A stretch of DNA of 64,000 nt, from positions 5,888,001 through 5,952,000 of the forward strand of contig OZ242311.1 in the NCBI GenBank assembly GCA_965207885.1, given 5' to 3'. Below the pieces are notes generated by a model, which saw only the letters and a program-made list of their open reading frames with translations, searched no databases and was not told where the DNA came from. This DNA comes from Candidatus Latescibacterota bacterium (lineage in GTDB: Bacteria; Latescibacterota; UBA2968). Below are positions 55,014 through 64,000 of this stretch, piece by piece (the stretch's first letter is position 1; each line of letters starts with the position of its first letter). The translations under genes and the position numbers were made by a program.

Positions 55014-58000
55014 TCATTGCGCTACCACAAAGAGGGCATTTTTAGAGGCGGTCTGTTCGCTGTTCAAATCGGTTATCACGACTTCCAGTGCGTAGCGTCC
55101 CGGTTCGCGGTCGCCCAATTCCAATTCTGTATAGACGGTTTCCAGGTTCATTGTTCCGACCTGTTCATATCCCAGTAACACTTTTTCTCGTTTGCCGCCG
55201 AGCGTTCTCACCAGGCGAGATACGGCACCGCCCACGCCTTTGCCTTTTGGGGCGATCGTGTATTCTACCTGGTATCTGGTCTGACCGAATTCATCGCGTT
55301 TTAGATTGTAGATTTCGTAATAGACAAAGATGCTCTGTCCTTTTGGGTAAGTTCGCGTGGGCATGGGCACGACGTGCAACTCGCCTTTGCGGAATTTGTC
55401 CTGGGGGCCGCCCTCTGCGACGCGCCAGGCCAGTTCCAGGTCGCTCACTTTCATTGAGCGGGTCTGATATTTCTCCAGTTCGATTATCTGGCGATACCGC
55501 CCCTGCCGCCCAGACAGGCGGTCCAGCAGATGTACTTCCAGCTTGTAATATCCCGGCGGGGCGTCCAGGCGCACGACATCGGGGATAAAGGCGCCCTGTA
55601 TGCCGGTTTGATCGCCTGCATTGCGATATCGCACATCGCCTGTGCGTCGATACACATCGCCGGTTTGTTCGTTTAAGAGGGATACGGTTCGCTCTACGAC
55701 CATCTCGGTGGTATTGTTTTCGGCGAAGTACCGCCCCAGTGTCTGCGGGATTCCGGTATAGACTTCCAGCGCGCTTACGTCATTTTGGAGGCTCTGAAAA
55801 TCCGCGAGGTCGTAATAGAATTCCAGGGGACGGGTGTTTTCCGGGGTTGCGTAATAATCCGGCGTTACCCGAGCGGCAAATTCGGTGACTCTGCGGGGAT
55901 TGTACCGGTTGAGTAGAGCCAGTGTGCGGATGGGGATGTTGGGATCCAGAGGCGCGGGCGCGTAGTCGAAACTGCCGGTCATTGCTTCGTCGGTGAAGGT
56001 TATTTCGATGCCCCCGTTCACATCGGTATAGATCCAGGTCTCCCACCGCACCATAGAGGCGTCTTCCGGAACGGAGACCGCGTTGAAATCCGGCTGGAGA
56101 TTAAAAAATTCACTGCCCATATTCCCGGCGTTGACGACTGTATTCGCCCGCCGTTCGTAAGTGCTGATGTCTTCTCCGGTCTGGTCATCGGCTGTTGCCT
56201 GTGCCGAACGCACGGTGCGCTGTTCTTCGCCTCCCGACTCGAGTCCCTGTCGCTCCCGTTCCTGTGATTGTTCGATGGCCTGCTGCATGGATGCGTCCTC
56301 GCGTTGCATACTGATTGGGGTTGCACCACTTAGTCTGGTTTGAAGTCCTCGCACGGGATATACCGGGCCAAAATAAGTCTGTTGTGCGGCTTCGCCACCA
56401 AATAGCGTTTGGGCAACGCGCTCTTTTACCCGCTGTACTGATAGGCTTTGTTGCAAGTTTAACATGTTGGATCGCGACCGATAGTCAGGCTCTCCGAAGC
56501 GGATATAGACCTCGCCGCGCCGGTCAAAGGGCTTTTTCCCTTCTGAGAAATTTGTCAGGGCATACCATACCCGTCTGTAGTGCTCCAGTTTGCGTTCGTT
56601 GGTCGCGGTGATCAAATTTGGATCTTTTAGTGCCCAGAACTGTCGCAAATATGACGAACGCGCCGCGTCTGTGTCGAGGCTGTTGTATTCTTCGAGTTCT
56701 TCGACGGATGCGAGGAATCGGATGTCTTCGTATAGTGCGCGGTGTTGCGGATCCAGGTACGCCACATAGCGGGAAAAATAGGTTTGTGCCCAGTTCGGAC
56801 GCTTCAGTTCGAGACACGCCTGCGCCAGGATGGGCAGGGATGTTATTTCTTCGGGGTACTCGCGGATGTGATCTTCCAGCAATTGGACGATGCGGTCGAA
56901 GTTTTTGCTTCGCAAATAGGCTCTTGAGAGCAACTCTCTGCCTTCCGGGTCTTCGGGCGCGAGTGTTATATAGCGGGCATAGGCCATGGCCGCCTGTTCG
57001 TAGTCTTCTTCCTGTTCTTCCCACCATTTGCCCAGCAGTTTGTAGGTCGGCGCGTAGGTCGGGTCCAGTGCGATGACGTGGTCGAGGTCGCGTTTGGTGT
57101 CGTACTCTTTGAGCTTATATCGCGTCTGCGCCATGTTAAAGCGGGCATCGCGGTGAATATTGTATAGCTGCGATAGCCGTTCATCTGGAGGCCACTGCAA
57201 GGCTCTTCTGAAATAGCGGATGGCATTGTACAGGCCTTTAGGGCGATTTTGGAAGACGAGCCCCAGTCCGTTGTACGCCTCGGACAAGCGGTGGTCGAGG
57301 TCAATGGCGCGCTCAAAAGCGTTTCGCGCGCGGTCGTAATTCTCTACCTCTAAATAGGCATAGCCCAGGAGGCAATGTCCGAGTTTCAGATCGGGCGCGA
57401 CGTGGGTGAGTGCGGTGAGTATTGGTACGGCGAGGGTGTCGTTTTGCGATAGGAGGGTTTTGCCCATTTCTACGAGTGAATCTATTTGTGTTTTTCCAAT
57501 GGGACGGTCCTGTACGCGATAGTTTTCGGTGTGTCGAACCAGTTCTACGAGGCGACCGGGGTAGAAATAGCTCACGACAATGGCTTCACCTGTAGCGGCG
57601 TTGGGTCTGTAGAAATAGCTGATGGGCCGCGTGTTGTCCCGATCTGCGGGTGCGCGAAACAGGCGGGCAATGGTCCCGGGATCTGCCCGGGATTGATCAA
57701 CAGTCCATTTTTGAAGCGCGGACAGTTGGTCGGGCATTTTCCCGCGATGGTCGCGGCGATATGCGGTTAGTAGTCTGGAGATTGCGGTGAGGTGGTCGCG
57801 GCAAACCCAGCGGGATCCATTTTTTCGAATTTCTTGCGCGGCGCTTTGAAATGCGTGCACGTAGTCCTGCATGGGGGATTTGGATAGGCCGCTTTTCGCG
57901 GATTGTCTGGCCAGTGTTTCAAAATGGCGCGCTGCCTGGTTGTAATAAGCGGCGGCTTGTTTGAACTCCCAGCGCGAGAGGCTCAGTTGCGCCAGGCGCA

Positions 58001-58514
58001 CGGCGTTGAAACCCGATGTCAGGGTGGGTAGGTCGTTTTTGCCAATAGCGGGGGCGGTCGGTTTTAATCCTTTTATCGCTTTTTCAGTGGTCCAGATAAT
58101 GGATTCCAGGTCCGGATCATCTATTATGAGGATATCGCGTCCCGATGACGTCAGTTCCCAGTATCGGGATGGGGCAAGGGAGATGGTGTGTCCCCGATGC
58201 AAGATGTCGCCAGGTGCGGGCAATAATAGGGGGATGGATTGGTAGATGATGGTTCCGGTTTCAGTTTTTCCCAGTTGACCTGGTCGCCCGGGGAAAATAC
58301 CGAGACACTGTTCCCGTTCCGCACCGTCGGTCCACAGCTCTGTCAGTGCGATGCCGCTCAGCTCTCGAGAGTAGGTCCACACCTGACTGGTCGCTCCAGT
58401 GCGGAGGATTAAGTCCTCCTGGGCGTCTGCGGTGCTCCAGAGCGCGATAGCCATGAGCAATGCGTATCTGAATGTTGGGGAAGTGAACACGGTATGTTTC
58501 CTCAAGGGGTACAC
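55014..58514 (-). CDS. Exported TPR plus GWxTD-domain protein 2 with N-terminal extension
   Basis: FWALKDP...EHYRRVWYA...DRRGEVYIRFGEPD; paralog of the neighbouring gene. Confidence 0.8.
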   Translation of the reverse strand: MYPLRKHTVFTSPTFRYALLMAIALWSTADAQEDLILRTGATSQVWTYSRELSGIALTELWTDGAEREQCLGIFPGRPGQLGKTETGTIIYQSIPLLLPAPGDILHRGHTISLAPSRYWELTSSGRDILIIDDPDLESIIWTTEKAIKGLKPTAPAIGKNDLPTLTSGFNAVRLAQLSLSRWEFKQAAAYYNQAARHFETLARQSAKSGLSKSPMQDYVHAFQSAAQEIRKNGSRWVCRDHLTAISRLLTAYRRDHRGKMPDQLSALQKWTVDQSRADPGTIARLFRAPADRDNTRPISYFYRPNAATGEAIVVSYFYPGRLVELVRHTENYRVQDRPIGKTQIDSLVEMGKTLLSQNDTLAVPILTALTHVAPDLKLGHCLLGYAYLEVENYDRARNAFERAIDLDHRLSEAYNGLGLVFQNRPKGLYNAIRYFRRALQWPPDERLSQLYNIHRDARFNMAQTRYKLKEYDTKRDLDHVIALDPTYAPTYKLLGKWWEEQEEDYEQAAMAYARYITLAPEDPEGRELLSRAYLRSKNFDRIVQLLEDHIREYPEEITSLPILAQACLELKRPNWAQTYFSRYVAYLDPQHRALYEDIRFLASVEELEEYNSLDTDAARSSYLRQFWALKDPNLITATNERKLEHYRRVWYALTNFSEGKKPFDRRGEVYIRFGEPDYRSRSNMLNLQQSLSVQRVKERVAQTLFGGEAAQQTYFGPVYPVRGLQTRLSGATPISMQREDASMQQAIEQSQERERQGLESGGEEQRTVRSAQATADDQTGEDISTYERRANTVVNAGNMGSEFFNLQPDFNAVSVPEDASMVRWETWIYTDVNGGIEITFTDEAMTGSFDYAPAPLDPNIPIRTLALLNRYNPRRVTEFAARVTPDYYATPENTRPLEFYYDLADFQSLQNDVSALEVYTGIPQTLGRYFAENNTTEMVVERTVSLLNEQTGDVYRRTGDVRYRNAGDQTGIQGAFIPDVVRLDAPPGYYKLEVHLLDRLSGRQGRYRQIIELEKYQTRSMKVSDLELAWRVAEGGPQDKFRKGELHVVPMPTRTYPKGQSIFVYYEIYNLKRDEFGQTRYQVEYTIAPKGKGVGGAVSRLVRTLGGKREKVLLGYEQVGTMNLETVYTELELGDREPGRYALEVVITDLNSEQTASKNALFVVAQ

Positions 58515-58517
58515 CGT

Positions 58518-59936
58518 TCAATGCAGTTTGCGAAAAGCAGTCCAGCATACGCGCAATAGCAAAAAGCCGTGCCGAAAGCGGTGGATCTGCGTGGTTCCGT
58601 ACACCCGATCCCGATAGCGCACCGGTACTTCTGCGATTTTGCGGACCAGTTTGGACGCGCCGAGGAGGAGGTCGAAGTCGCCAAAGGGGTCAAAATCGCA
58701 TACGTCTCGACGCGCTCTGGCCAATTTTTTGTAGTCCAGGGCGAACAGGACTTTGGTGCCGCACAGGGTATCTATAATGCGTTGCCCCAATAGGCAGCTC
58801 AATACCCAGCCGAAGAACCGGTTGCCCAGAAGGTTCAGGAATCGCATGGCTTGTTGTTCCATGGGATACACGAGGCGAGATCCCACGGCGAGTTCGGCGC
58901 GGCCAGATACGAGGGCGTCGAAGAATTTGGGCAAGTCTTCTGGGGCGACGGTTAAATCGCCGTCCAGGATCATCAATATATCGCCTCTGGCTGCGTCAAA
59001 TCCCCGTCGTACGGCGTCTCCTTTGCCGGTTCCCGTTTGTCGGATCAGGCGGATGTCTGTTCCCCTATATACCGCTATGCATCGCTCGACTTCTTCGGCT
59101 GTGCCGTCTGTTGAATGTCCCACGACAAAGATTAGTTCTGTATGCGCTCCCATCACAGGTGTGCGCGCTATTGCGGCTTCTACTGTGCCGCGCTCGTTTT
59201 TGCAGGGTATTATTACCGAGCAAGAGACTGAGGATGCTTCCCGCGCAGGGAAGACGGGACGCGCGACGAGTGTTTGTATGAGACACAGGCGTCTCAGTCC
59301 CGGCACTCTCGACAGGAAGCGATTTGCAAGATAGGCGAGTAGCGGTACGCGGCGGGGCAAGAGCAGGCGGCTTTCTCGTCGTATTTCTTCAAAGTTTGAT
59401 AGATAAAGTAAATTCTGAATGTCCCGGTGTGTCAACCAGTTTTGTACGGGTTCGGGCATTTTTAAGCGAAATATTTCCGCGGTTTTTAGTACGGGTTTCC
59501 ACAGGGGATTGTAGTGCGTGATCAGGACGCGGGAGTTGGGTAGTACGACTTTCCACAATTCGCTGAATACGCGCTGGATGTCCGGCAGGAAACCCAGCAG
59601 GTCCGATAGGATGATCCACTCGAATCGCTCTCCTTCGGGTAAATTCTCGGCGCGCCCCACGCGAAATTCGAGGTGGGGATATTTTTTGCGTGCGCGTTTT
59701 ATCATTGCTTCGCTGAAGTCAATGCCGAGTCCCCGCCCCGGTTTTAAGCCCGCGAGCAGGTCGCCGGTGCCGCATCCTATGATCAGGACGGACGATCCTT
59801 CGGGTATCGCGCAACGGCAAAATCGCAGGACTTCCTGGTGATAGGTGCGGTTGCGCCTGCGCCAATGGTCCCGGTTATCGGCGGCTTCGTCGAAAGCTTT
59901 CCGAATGACACGGCTATCGGGAAGGGGGGGTTTCAT
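58518..59936 (-). CDS. Class I SAM-methyltransferase-like domain fused to a GT2 (DPM synthase-like) glycosyltransferase
   Basis: LIIGCGTG; SVIIPCKNE, STDGT, GKGDA, ILDGD, DTLCG. Confidence 0.88.
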   Translation of the reverse strand: MKPPLPDSRVIRKAFDEAADNRDHWRRRNRTYHQEVLRFCRCAIPEGSSVLIIGCGTGDLLAGLKPGRGLGIDFSEAMIKRARKKYPHLEFRVGRAENLPEGERFEWIILSDLLGFLPDIQRVFSELWKVVLPNSRVLITHYNPLWKPVLKTAEIFRLKMPEPVQNWLTHRDIQNLLYLSNFEEIRRESRLLLPRRVPLLAYLANRFLSRVPGLRRLCLIQTLVARPVFPAREASSVSCSVIIPCKNERGTVEAAIARTPVMGAHTELIFVVGHSTDGTAEEVERCIAVYRGTDIRLIRQTGTGKGDAVRRGFDAARGDILMILDGDLTVAPEDLPKFFDALVSGRAELAVGSRLVYPMEQQAMRFLNLLGNRFFGWVLSCLLGQRIIDTLCGTKVLFALDYKKLARARRDVCDFDPFGDFDLLLGASKLVRKIAEVPVRYRDRVYGTTQIHRFRHGFLLLRVCWTAFRKLH

Positions 59937-61836
59937 TGAGTTTTTCCAATTCTCGGCGTGCCAGTTGCGCGACTTGCGGGTCTCCCCGCCAGAGTTCTAT
60001 AAAGCGCGTGTACGCCTGTATGGCTGCGGTTTTTTCGCCGTTGTCTCGATGGGCTTTTCCCAGGTTAAAATACGCTTCAGCCCAATTTGGGCGCAATGCT
60101 ATGGCGCGGGCATAAGCAGTAGTTGCCTGTGCGGGGCGGCCCAATTTTTCGCGGACTACGCCCAGGTTGTAGAAAATTTCTGCGTTGGTCGGGTCGAGAA
60201 TGGCTGCTCGTTCAAAGGCCGAATGCGCGTCGGTTATTTGTTCGGCCTGCATTGCCGCGAGTCCTTTGTTCATGTAGGCTTCGACGTAATCAGGTTCTAT
60301 TTCTACTGCTTTTTGATACGCGGTTGTCGCTCCCTTAAAGCGACCCGTTGCGGCGTAGATATTTCCCAGGTTGTTATAGGTCAGGGCACTTTCCCGGATG
60401 GATAGTGCTTTTCGATAAGCTGTTTCGGCCTGGGATATCCGACCGCGTTCGGATAGGGCATCGCCCAGGGCGTGTTGCATTTTCGCGCTTTCGGGATACG
60501 CTGTTACTGCACTTTGATAAAGTGTTAAGTCGTCTCGCCAGTCCGCGTTTCGGATAATGGTCCGGGTGCTATAGGCCACGAGAATGAGGGCGGCGAGAGC
60601 AATGGCGACCGTTTTTCGTTGTTTTTCAAGGTGTTCAAATCCCAGGCCAAACAGTGCGAACACACCGAGGACGGGGATGTATAGAAATCGCTCCTGGAAA
60701 ATGGCGTTGATCAATACGAGTGTTTGCGATACGGCTGAATAGGGTACAAAGAATAATGATAGAGCAAAAAATACGCAGGGCCAGCGCTTGTAAAAAGCAC
60801 CTGCCCACAATAATAGTCCTGCGATGCCGAGGATTATGCCCGCTGTTGCTTCGGGTGTGAGTATAGAGGTGATGACGGGTATGGCGCTGTAAGAGTAATC
60901 TACGGATAATTTGATGGGAAACAAAATGAGAATGCAGTATTTCCAAAAGAGTCCGGCGGCTGTCAAGAGTCTGTGGTCGAGGGGCTGGTCTATGAGTGGA
61001 TTGTTGAGAGCGAGTATATTTTCGGCTGAGAATCCCAGATTCGCAGCGACTTTTCGCATGGTTAGATAGATGACAAAAATCCCGATGAAGCCAGCCCAGC
61101 GCACGCTGCGCTGCCACAGGAGATTGCGTATCCCATTCCCGTGGGACAGGGTTAGATCGACGGCGATGACCAGCCCCAGTAAGACTATCGCGCTTTCTTT
61201 GGAGAGCAAGGCGAGAAAGAATCCCGCGAGGGCCAATCCGTAGTACTTTTCCGCGCCCCGGTTGTGCCAGAAGATGTACAGGAGCAGGGTTGTTAGAGAA
61301 AACAGGCCAGCCAATAGATCTGCGCGCCCAAATGTTATGCCGGCGACGACTTCGGCATGGATGGGATGTACGGCAAATAGCAGTGCGGCCAGGATTGCGC
61401 CCCGCTTCAAGCCCAGATTCAGGCAGAGGAGATAGGCGAGGAGGCTGTTGACCATGTGCAGGATTGTATTGGTCAGGTGAAATCGGAAGGGCCAGATCCC
61501 TCCCAGGCCATCCAGCATAAAAGACAGGACTGTGAGGGGACGATATTGTCCATTGATATTGGCTTCGCCTTCATATCCGGCCCAGTAGTGCGTGGTTAAA
61601 ATGCCCCACACATCGGCTTCGCGCAGCAAGCGGTTGCGCTCGATCAGGAAGTGGTCGTCATAGACCAATCCGTTGCTCAGGCTGTTTGCGAATACCAGAA
61701 AGGCCGCCAACCCCACGGCGACAAGAGGATAGGTTTTCCCGCGTTGATTTACAGGCATTTTTTGTACAGAATACAAAGGGCGATTGCCAGGGTGCAACCC
61801 CGGCAGTCGCCCAAAAAGTGTACAAACTATGGTCAT
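59914..61836 (-). CDS. TMTC-like (DUF1736) GT-C protein O-glycosyltransferase with TPRs (start may be 61758)
   Basis: VYDD, YRPL, FAVHPIHAEVV, GRADLL, LSKE, ERFLYIP, RNADW, C-terminal TPRs. Confidence 0.88.
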   Translation of the reverse strand: MTIVCTLFGRLPGLHPGNRPLYSVQKMPVNQRGKTYPLVAVGLAAFLVFANSLSNGLVYDDHFLIERNRLLREADVWGILTTHYWAGYEGEANINGQYRPLTVLSFMLDGLGGIWPFRFHLTNTILHMVNSLLAYLLCLNLGLKRGAILAALLFAVHPIHAEVVAGITFGRADLLAGLFSLTTLLLYIFWHNRGAEKYYGLALAGFFLALLSKESAIVLLGLVIAVDLTLSHGNGIRNLLWQRSVRWAGFIGIFVIYLTMRKVAANLGFSAENILALNNPLIDQPLDHRLLTAAGLFWKYCILILFPIKLSVDYSYSAIPVITSILTPEATAGIILGIAGLLLWAGAFYKRWPCVFFALSLFFVPYSAVSQTLVLINAIFQERFLYIPVLGVFALFGLGFEHLEKQRKTVAIALAALILVAYSTRTIIRNADWRDDLTLYQSAVTAYPESAKMQHALGDALSERGRISQAETAYRKALSIRESALTYNNLGNIYAATGRFKGATTAYQKAVEIEPDYVEAYMNKGLAAMQAEQITDAHSAFERAAILDPTNAEIFYNLGVVREKLGRPAQATTAYARAIALRPNWAEAYFNLGKAHRDNGEKTAAIQAYTRFIELWRGDPQVAQLARRELEKLNETPPSR

Positions 61837-61860
61837 CGCAGAAGTTGCGATAGCCGCTCG

Positions 61861-62859
61861 TTAGAACGTGCCGCCTATTGATATGCGCAGGGGCGAGTCA
61901 AACAGGGCTATGCCGTCGATATCCTTCAGCAGCGAATAGGACACATCTACCACGAAGGTGCGTCCGCCTACTGTTTGCTTGACACCAGCGCCAAAGGCAA
62001 AGGACTCGAGATCGTAGTTCCACTTATAGCCCGCGCGCACAGCTACCAGGTTCTGGACCCAGAGTTCTGCGCCAAAGTGATAGCGTTGCTCGAAATCTAC
62101 GGGAAATACGCTCTCGGCCGCCAGCGTCAAATAGGTCGGATCGCCTTTTTCGCCATAAACTTCGGCGGCCAGGCCCATGTTGTAGGTCAGGGGCATCAGG
62201 TAGGAGAATGCCTCTTCCCTGGATTTCTGATCTGGTCCGAAGTTTTTGAACGACATTGCCACGCGCAGGCTTCTAAACCCGGTGTAGAAATGACTGCCCA
62301 GGTCTATGGTAAATGTGCTGGTTTTTTGCGTGTAGAGTTTTTCCTGCACATAGTTGGCTTTGGCACTGAACGAGAATTTGTCTGTGAATTTTATGGCGTA
62401 GAGCAAGCCCACCGCCATGTAGTTCACATCGACAAACTGACCCGTTCCACTCGGCTGGAAGATGGTGGTTTCTTCAATGGGTTCGACCTGCTGTGTGATC
62501 AGGCTGATACCCAGAACTTCACCTCGAGACGAGTGGGTGTTGAAGACGGCTGCCGCCGAATACAGTTCTGTGCCTGCCAGCCACTTGGTGTAATTGGCCT
62601 GATAGGCGAATTTTTCCACGTGGGTTAGCCCGGCGCCGTTCCAGAAGATGGCGTTGATATCATCGGCAATTGCCGTGTATGAATCACCCATCCCCACGGC
62701 ACGAGCACCCTGTCCGATTTTCAAAAACTGCATGCCTGCGATGTTGACCTTCTTGACCCCTTCGATCGCGGTTACGCCTTCATATTCAAGCCCCAGAGCG
62801 GGACTGGCGATCAGCAGCAGGCTCAGGAACGCTGTAAGTATGAGATTTTTCTGTTTCAC
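61861..62859 (-). CDS. PorV/PorQ-like (UPF0164) outer-membrane beta-barrel
   Basis: Signal peptide; FLKIGQGARAVGMG, AIFWNGAGL; terminal Phe. Confidence 0.85.
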   Translation of the reverse strand: MKQKNLILTAFLSLLLIASPALGLEYEGVTAIEGVKKVNIAGMQFLKIGQGARAVGMGDSYTAIADDINAIFWNGAGLTHVEKFAYQANYTKWLAGTELYSAAAVFNTHSSRGEVLGISLITQQVEPIEETTIFQPSGTGQFVDVNYMAVGLLYAIKFTDKFSFSAKANYVQEKLYTQKTSTFTIDLGSHFYTGFRSLRVAMSFKNFGPDQKSREEAFSYLMPLTYNMGLAAEVYGEKGDPTYLTLAAESVFPVDFEQRYHFGAELWVQNLVAVRAGYKWNYDLESFAFGAGVKQTVGGRTFVVDVSYSLLKDIDGIALFDSPLRISIGGTF

Positions 62860-62877
62860 AATGAATACCTCCTTCGG

Positions 62878-64000
62878 CTACTTAATCACCACAAAAGTAC
62901 CGCGCTGGATCTTGTTTTCGCTGCCCGGGGTTTCGGATACGACGACGAAGTAGTACAGTCCGGTCTGGATTTCGCCAGCCAGATTGTACGTCACCTGCCG
63001 AAACGAGGCTTCGCCCCGGTCTGGATTATCGTGCGAGACGGTATAGACCCTGTCTCCGGAAGCCGAAAAGATGTGGATTTTGCACTTTTGGGGAATCCCC
63101 ACAAAGCGCAGATTTCGGCTTCTGGGATATTGGTGCTTGCCATCCACGAAATAGGGATTTGGCACCACCGTTACTTTTCGGTCGAGCTGATCGGTTTCGG
63201 TAGTGGTCGGCTGGAAGGGCCGTCTGTCATCGGCGTCGTAGGTGCGCGCAGTGGCAGGTCCCCAACCGCTTTCGTACCCACCCGTGGCATTGGCGCGCGC
63301 CCTGCCCGTGGGCAGATCTCCTATCGCCATTCCACCGCCCATCCAGTCGCTATATCCGCTGTTGTAGGGTCGCACCGAGTAGTGGTATGCAAACCCGGCG
63401 GCCGTATCCAGATCTTCATACGTGTATTTCCCGCCAGAGAGCGACCACTGGCCGTTGAGGCTGGAACCGCTTTGCCCCTTCAACACGGTGTCGTGCAATT
63501 TCCAGGGACCCCATCCGAACCAGGTGGAGCGATAGACGCGGTAGCCCGCGATGTCCTGTTGTCCGGTGTAGGGATTGACCGCGCGGTCGGCGTCGTCGAT
63601 CCACGAAATCTGTTGGCGGGCAAATCCGCTGGAAGTCAGGTCATCGGCGGCGATAAATGCATTCGTCGGTGCCGGTGGATGGTGGAAATTGGAGTCGTAA
63701 ATAAAGTGCGCGAGTTGCAAATTCTCAAATGCCGCTTGCTCGCCCAGGGTTTTGAATTCCTGGATCTTTGTTTCTACCGACACATCCGAACGGTCCCAGG
63801 TCAGTATATCCTGGTTCTTTATCTGAGCCGGGTGACCGGCGACATAAGCCATCACGATCTTGGCACTTTCGCCTGCCTGAAGCGTGTACGGACCATAGAC
63901 TTGCGAGAAAATGTAAAATTTTCGGTCATCTACATTGCTCTCGTTCGGGTTGTCTTTGACGCCCCCTTTTAACATGGCACCATACATCTGCGACTCGGTG
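62878..64000 (-). CDS. Large secreted protein with FN3-like and T9SS-type C-terminal sorting-like domain; 5' partial
   Basis: GYRVYRS; VVPNPY...IHIFSASGDRV...GLYYFVV...GTFVVIK. Confidence 0.75.
   Translation of the reverse strand, partial: TESQMYGAMLKGGVKDNPNESNVDDRKFYIFSQVYGPYTLQAGESAKIVMAYVAGHPAQIKNQDILTWDRSDVSVETKIQEFKTLGEQAAFENLQLAHFIYDSNFHHPPAPTNAFIAADDLTSSGFARQQISWIDDADRAVNPYTGQQDIAGYRVYRSTWFGWGPWKLHDTVLKGQSGSSLNGQWSLSGGKYTYEDLDTAAGFAYHYSVRPYNSGYSDWMGGGMAIGDLPTGRARANATGGYESGWGPATARTYDADDRRPFQPTTTETDQLDRKVTVVPNPYFVDGKHQYPRSRNLRFVGIPQKCKIHIFSASGDRVYTVSHDNPDRGEASFRQVTYNLAGEIQTGLYYFVVVSETPGSENKIQRGTFVVIK

Overview
64-kb bacterial chromosome segment, probably from an FCB-group lineage such as Ca. 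Latescibacterota. This is inferred from the PorV-like barrel, GWxTD, DUF6785-type, WD40 and EF-hand/dockerin-like proteins; no marker gene is present. Housekeeping blocks (nnr, split carB, pyrK, gltX, tRNA-Ser x2, tRNA-Gln, csp) alternate with accessory DNA. Main points: (1) A ~9-kb island (15.6-24.3 kb) made of two parallel units. Each unit has a near-identical 49-bp hairpin, a toxin-antitoxin operon, a divergent promoter carrying shared 18-bp palindromic boxes, and an NLR-like ATPase-wHTH-TPR gene with a different TPR copy number. (2) A co-oriented envelope cluster (44.9-64 kb): T9SS-like substrate, PorV-like barrel, TMTC-like glycosyltransferase, MTase-GT2, two GWxTD-TPR proteins, a DUF6785-type membrane protein and a degenerate-M28/FtsX fusion. 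(3) A sigma-54 promoter with a perfect palindromic upstream site ahead of an uncharacterised ATPase-YdjM pair. (4) A three-hairpin sRNA candidate with AUCCC at each apex. (5) A TnpB relic retaining its right end, a deleted vapC, and nested REP-like palindromes. No CRISPR array or rRNA was seen. All family calls come from motif recognition by eye, not from database searches.
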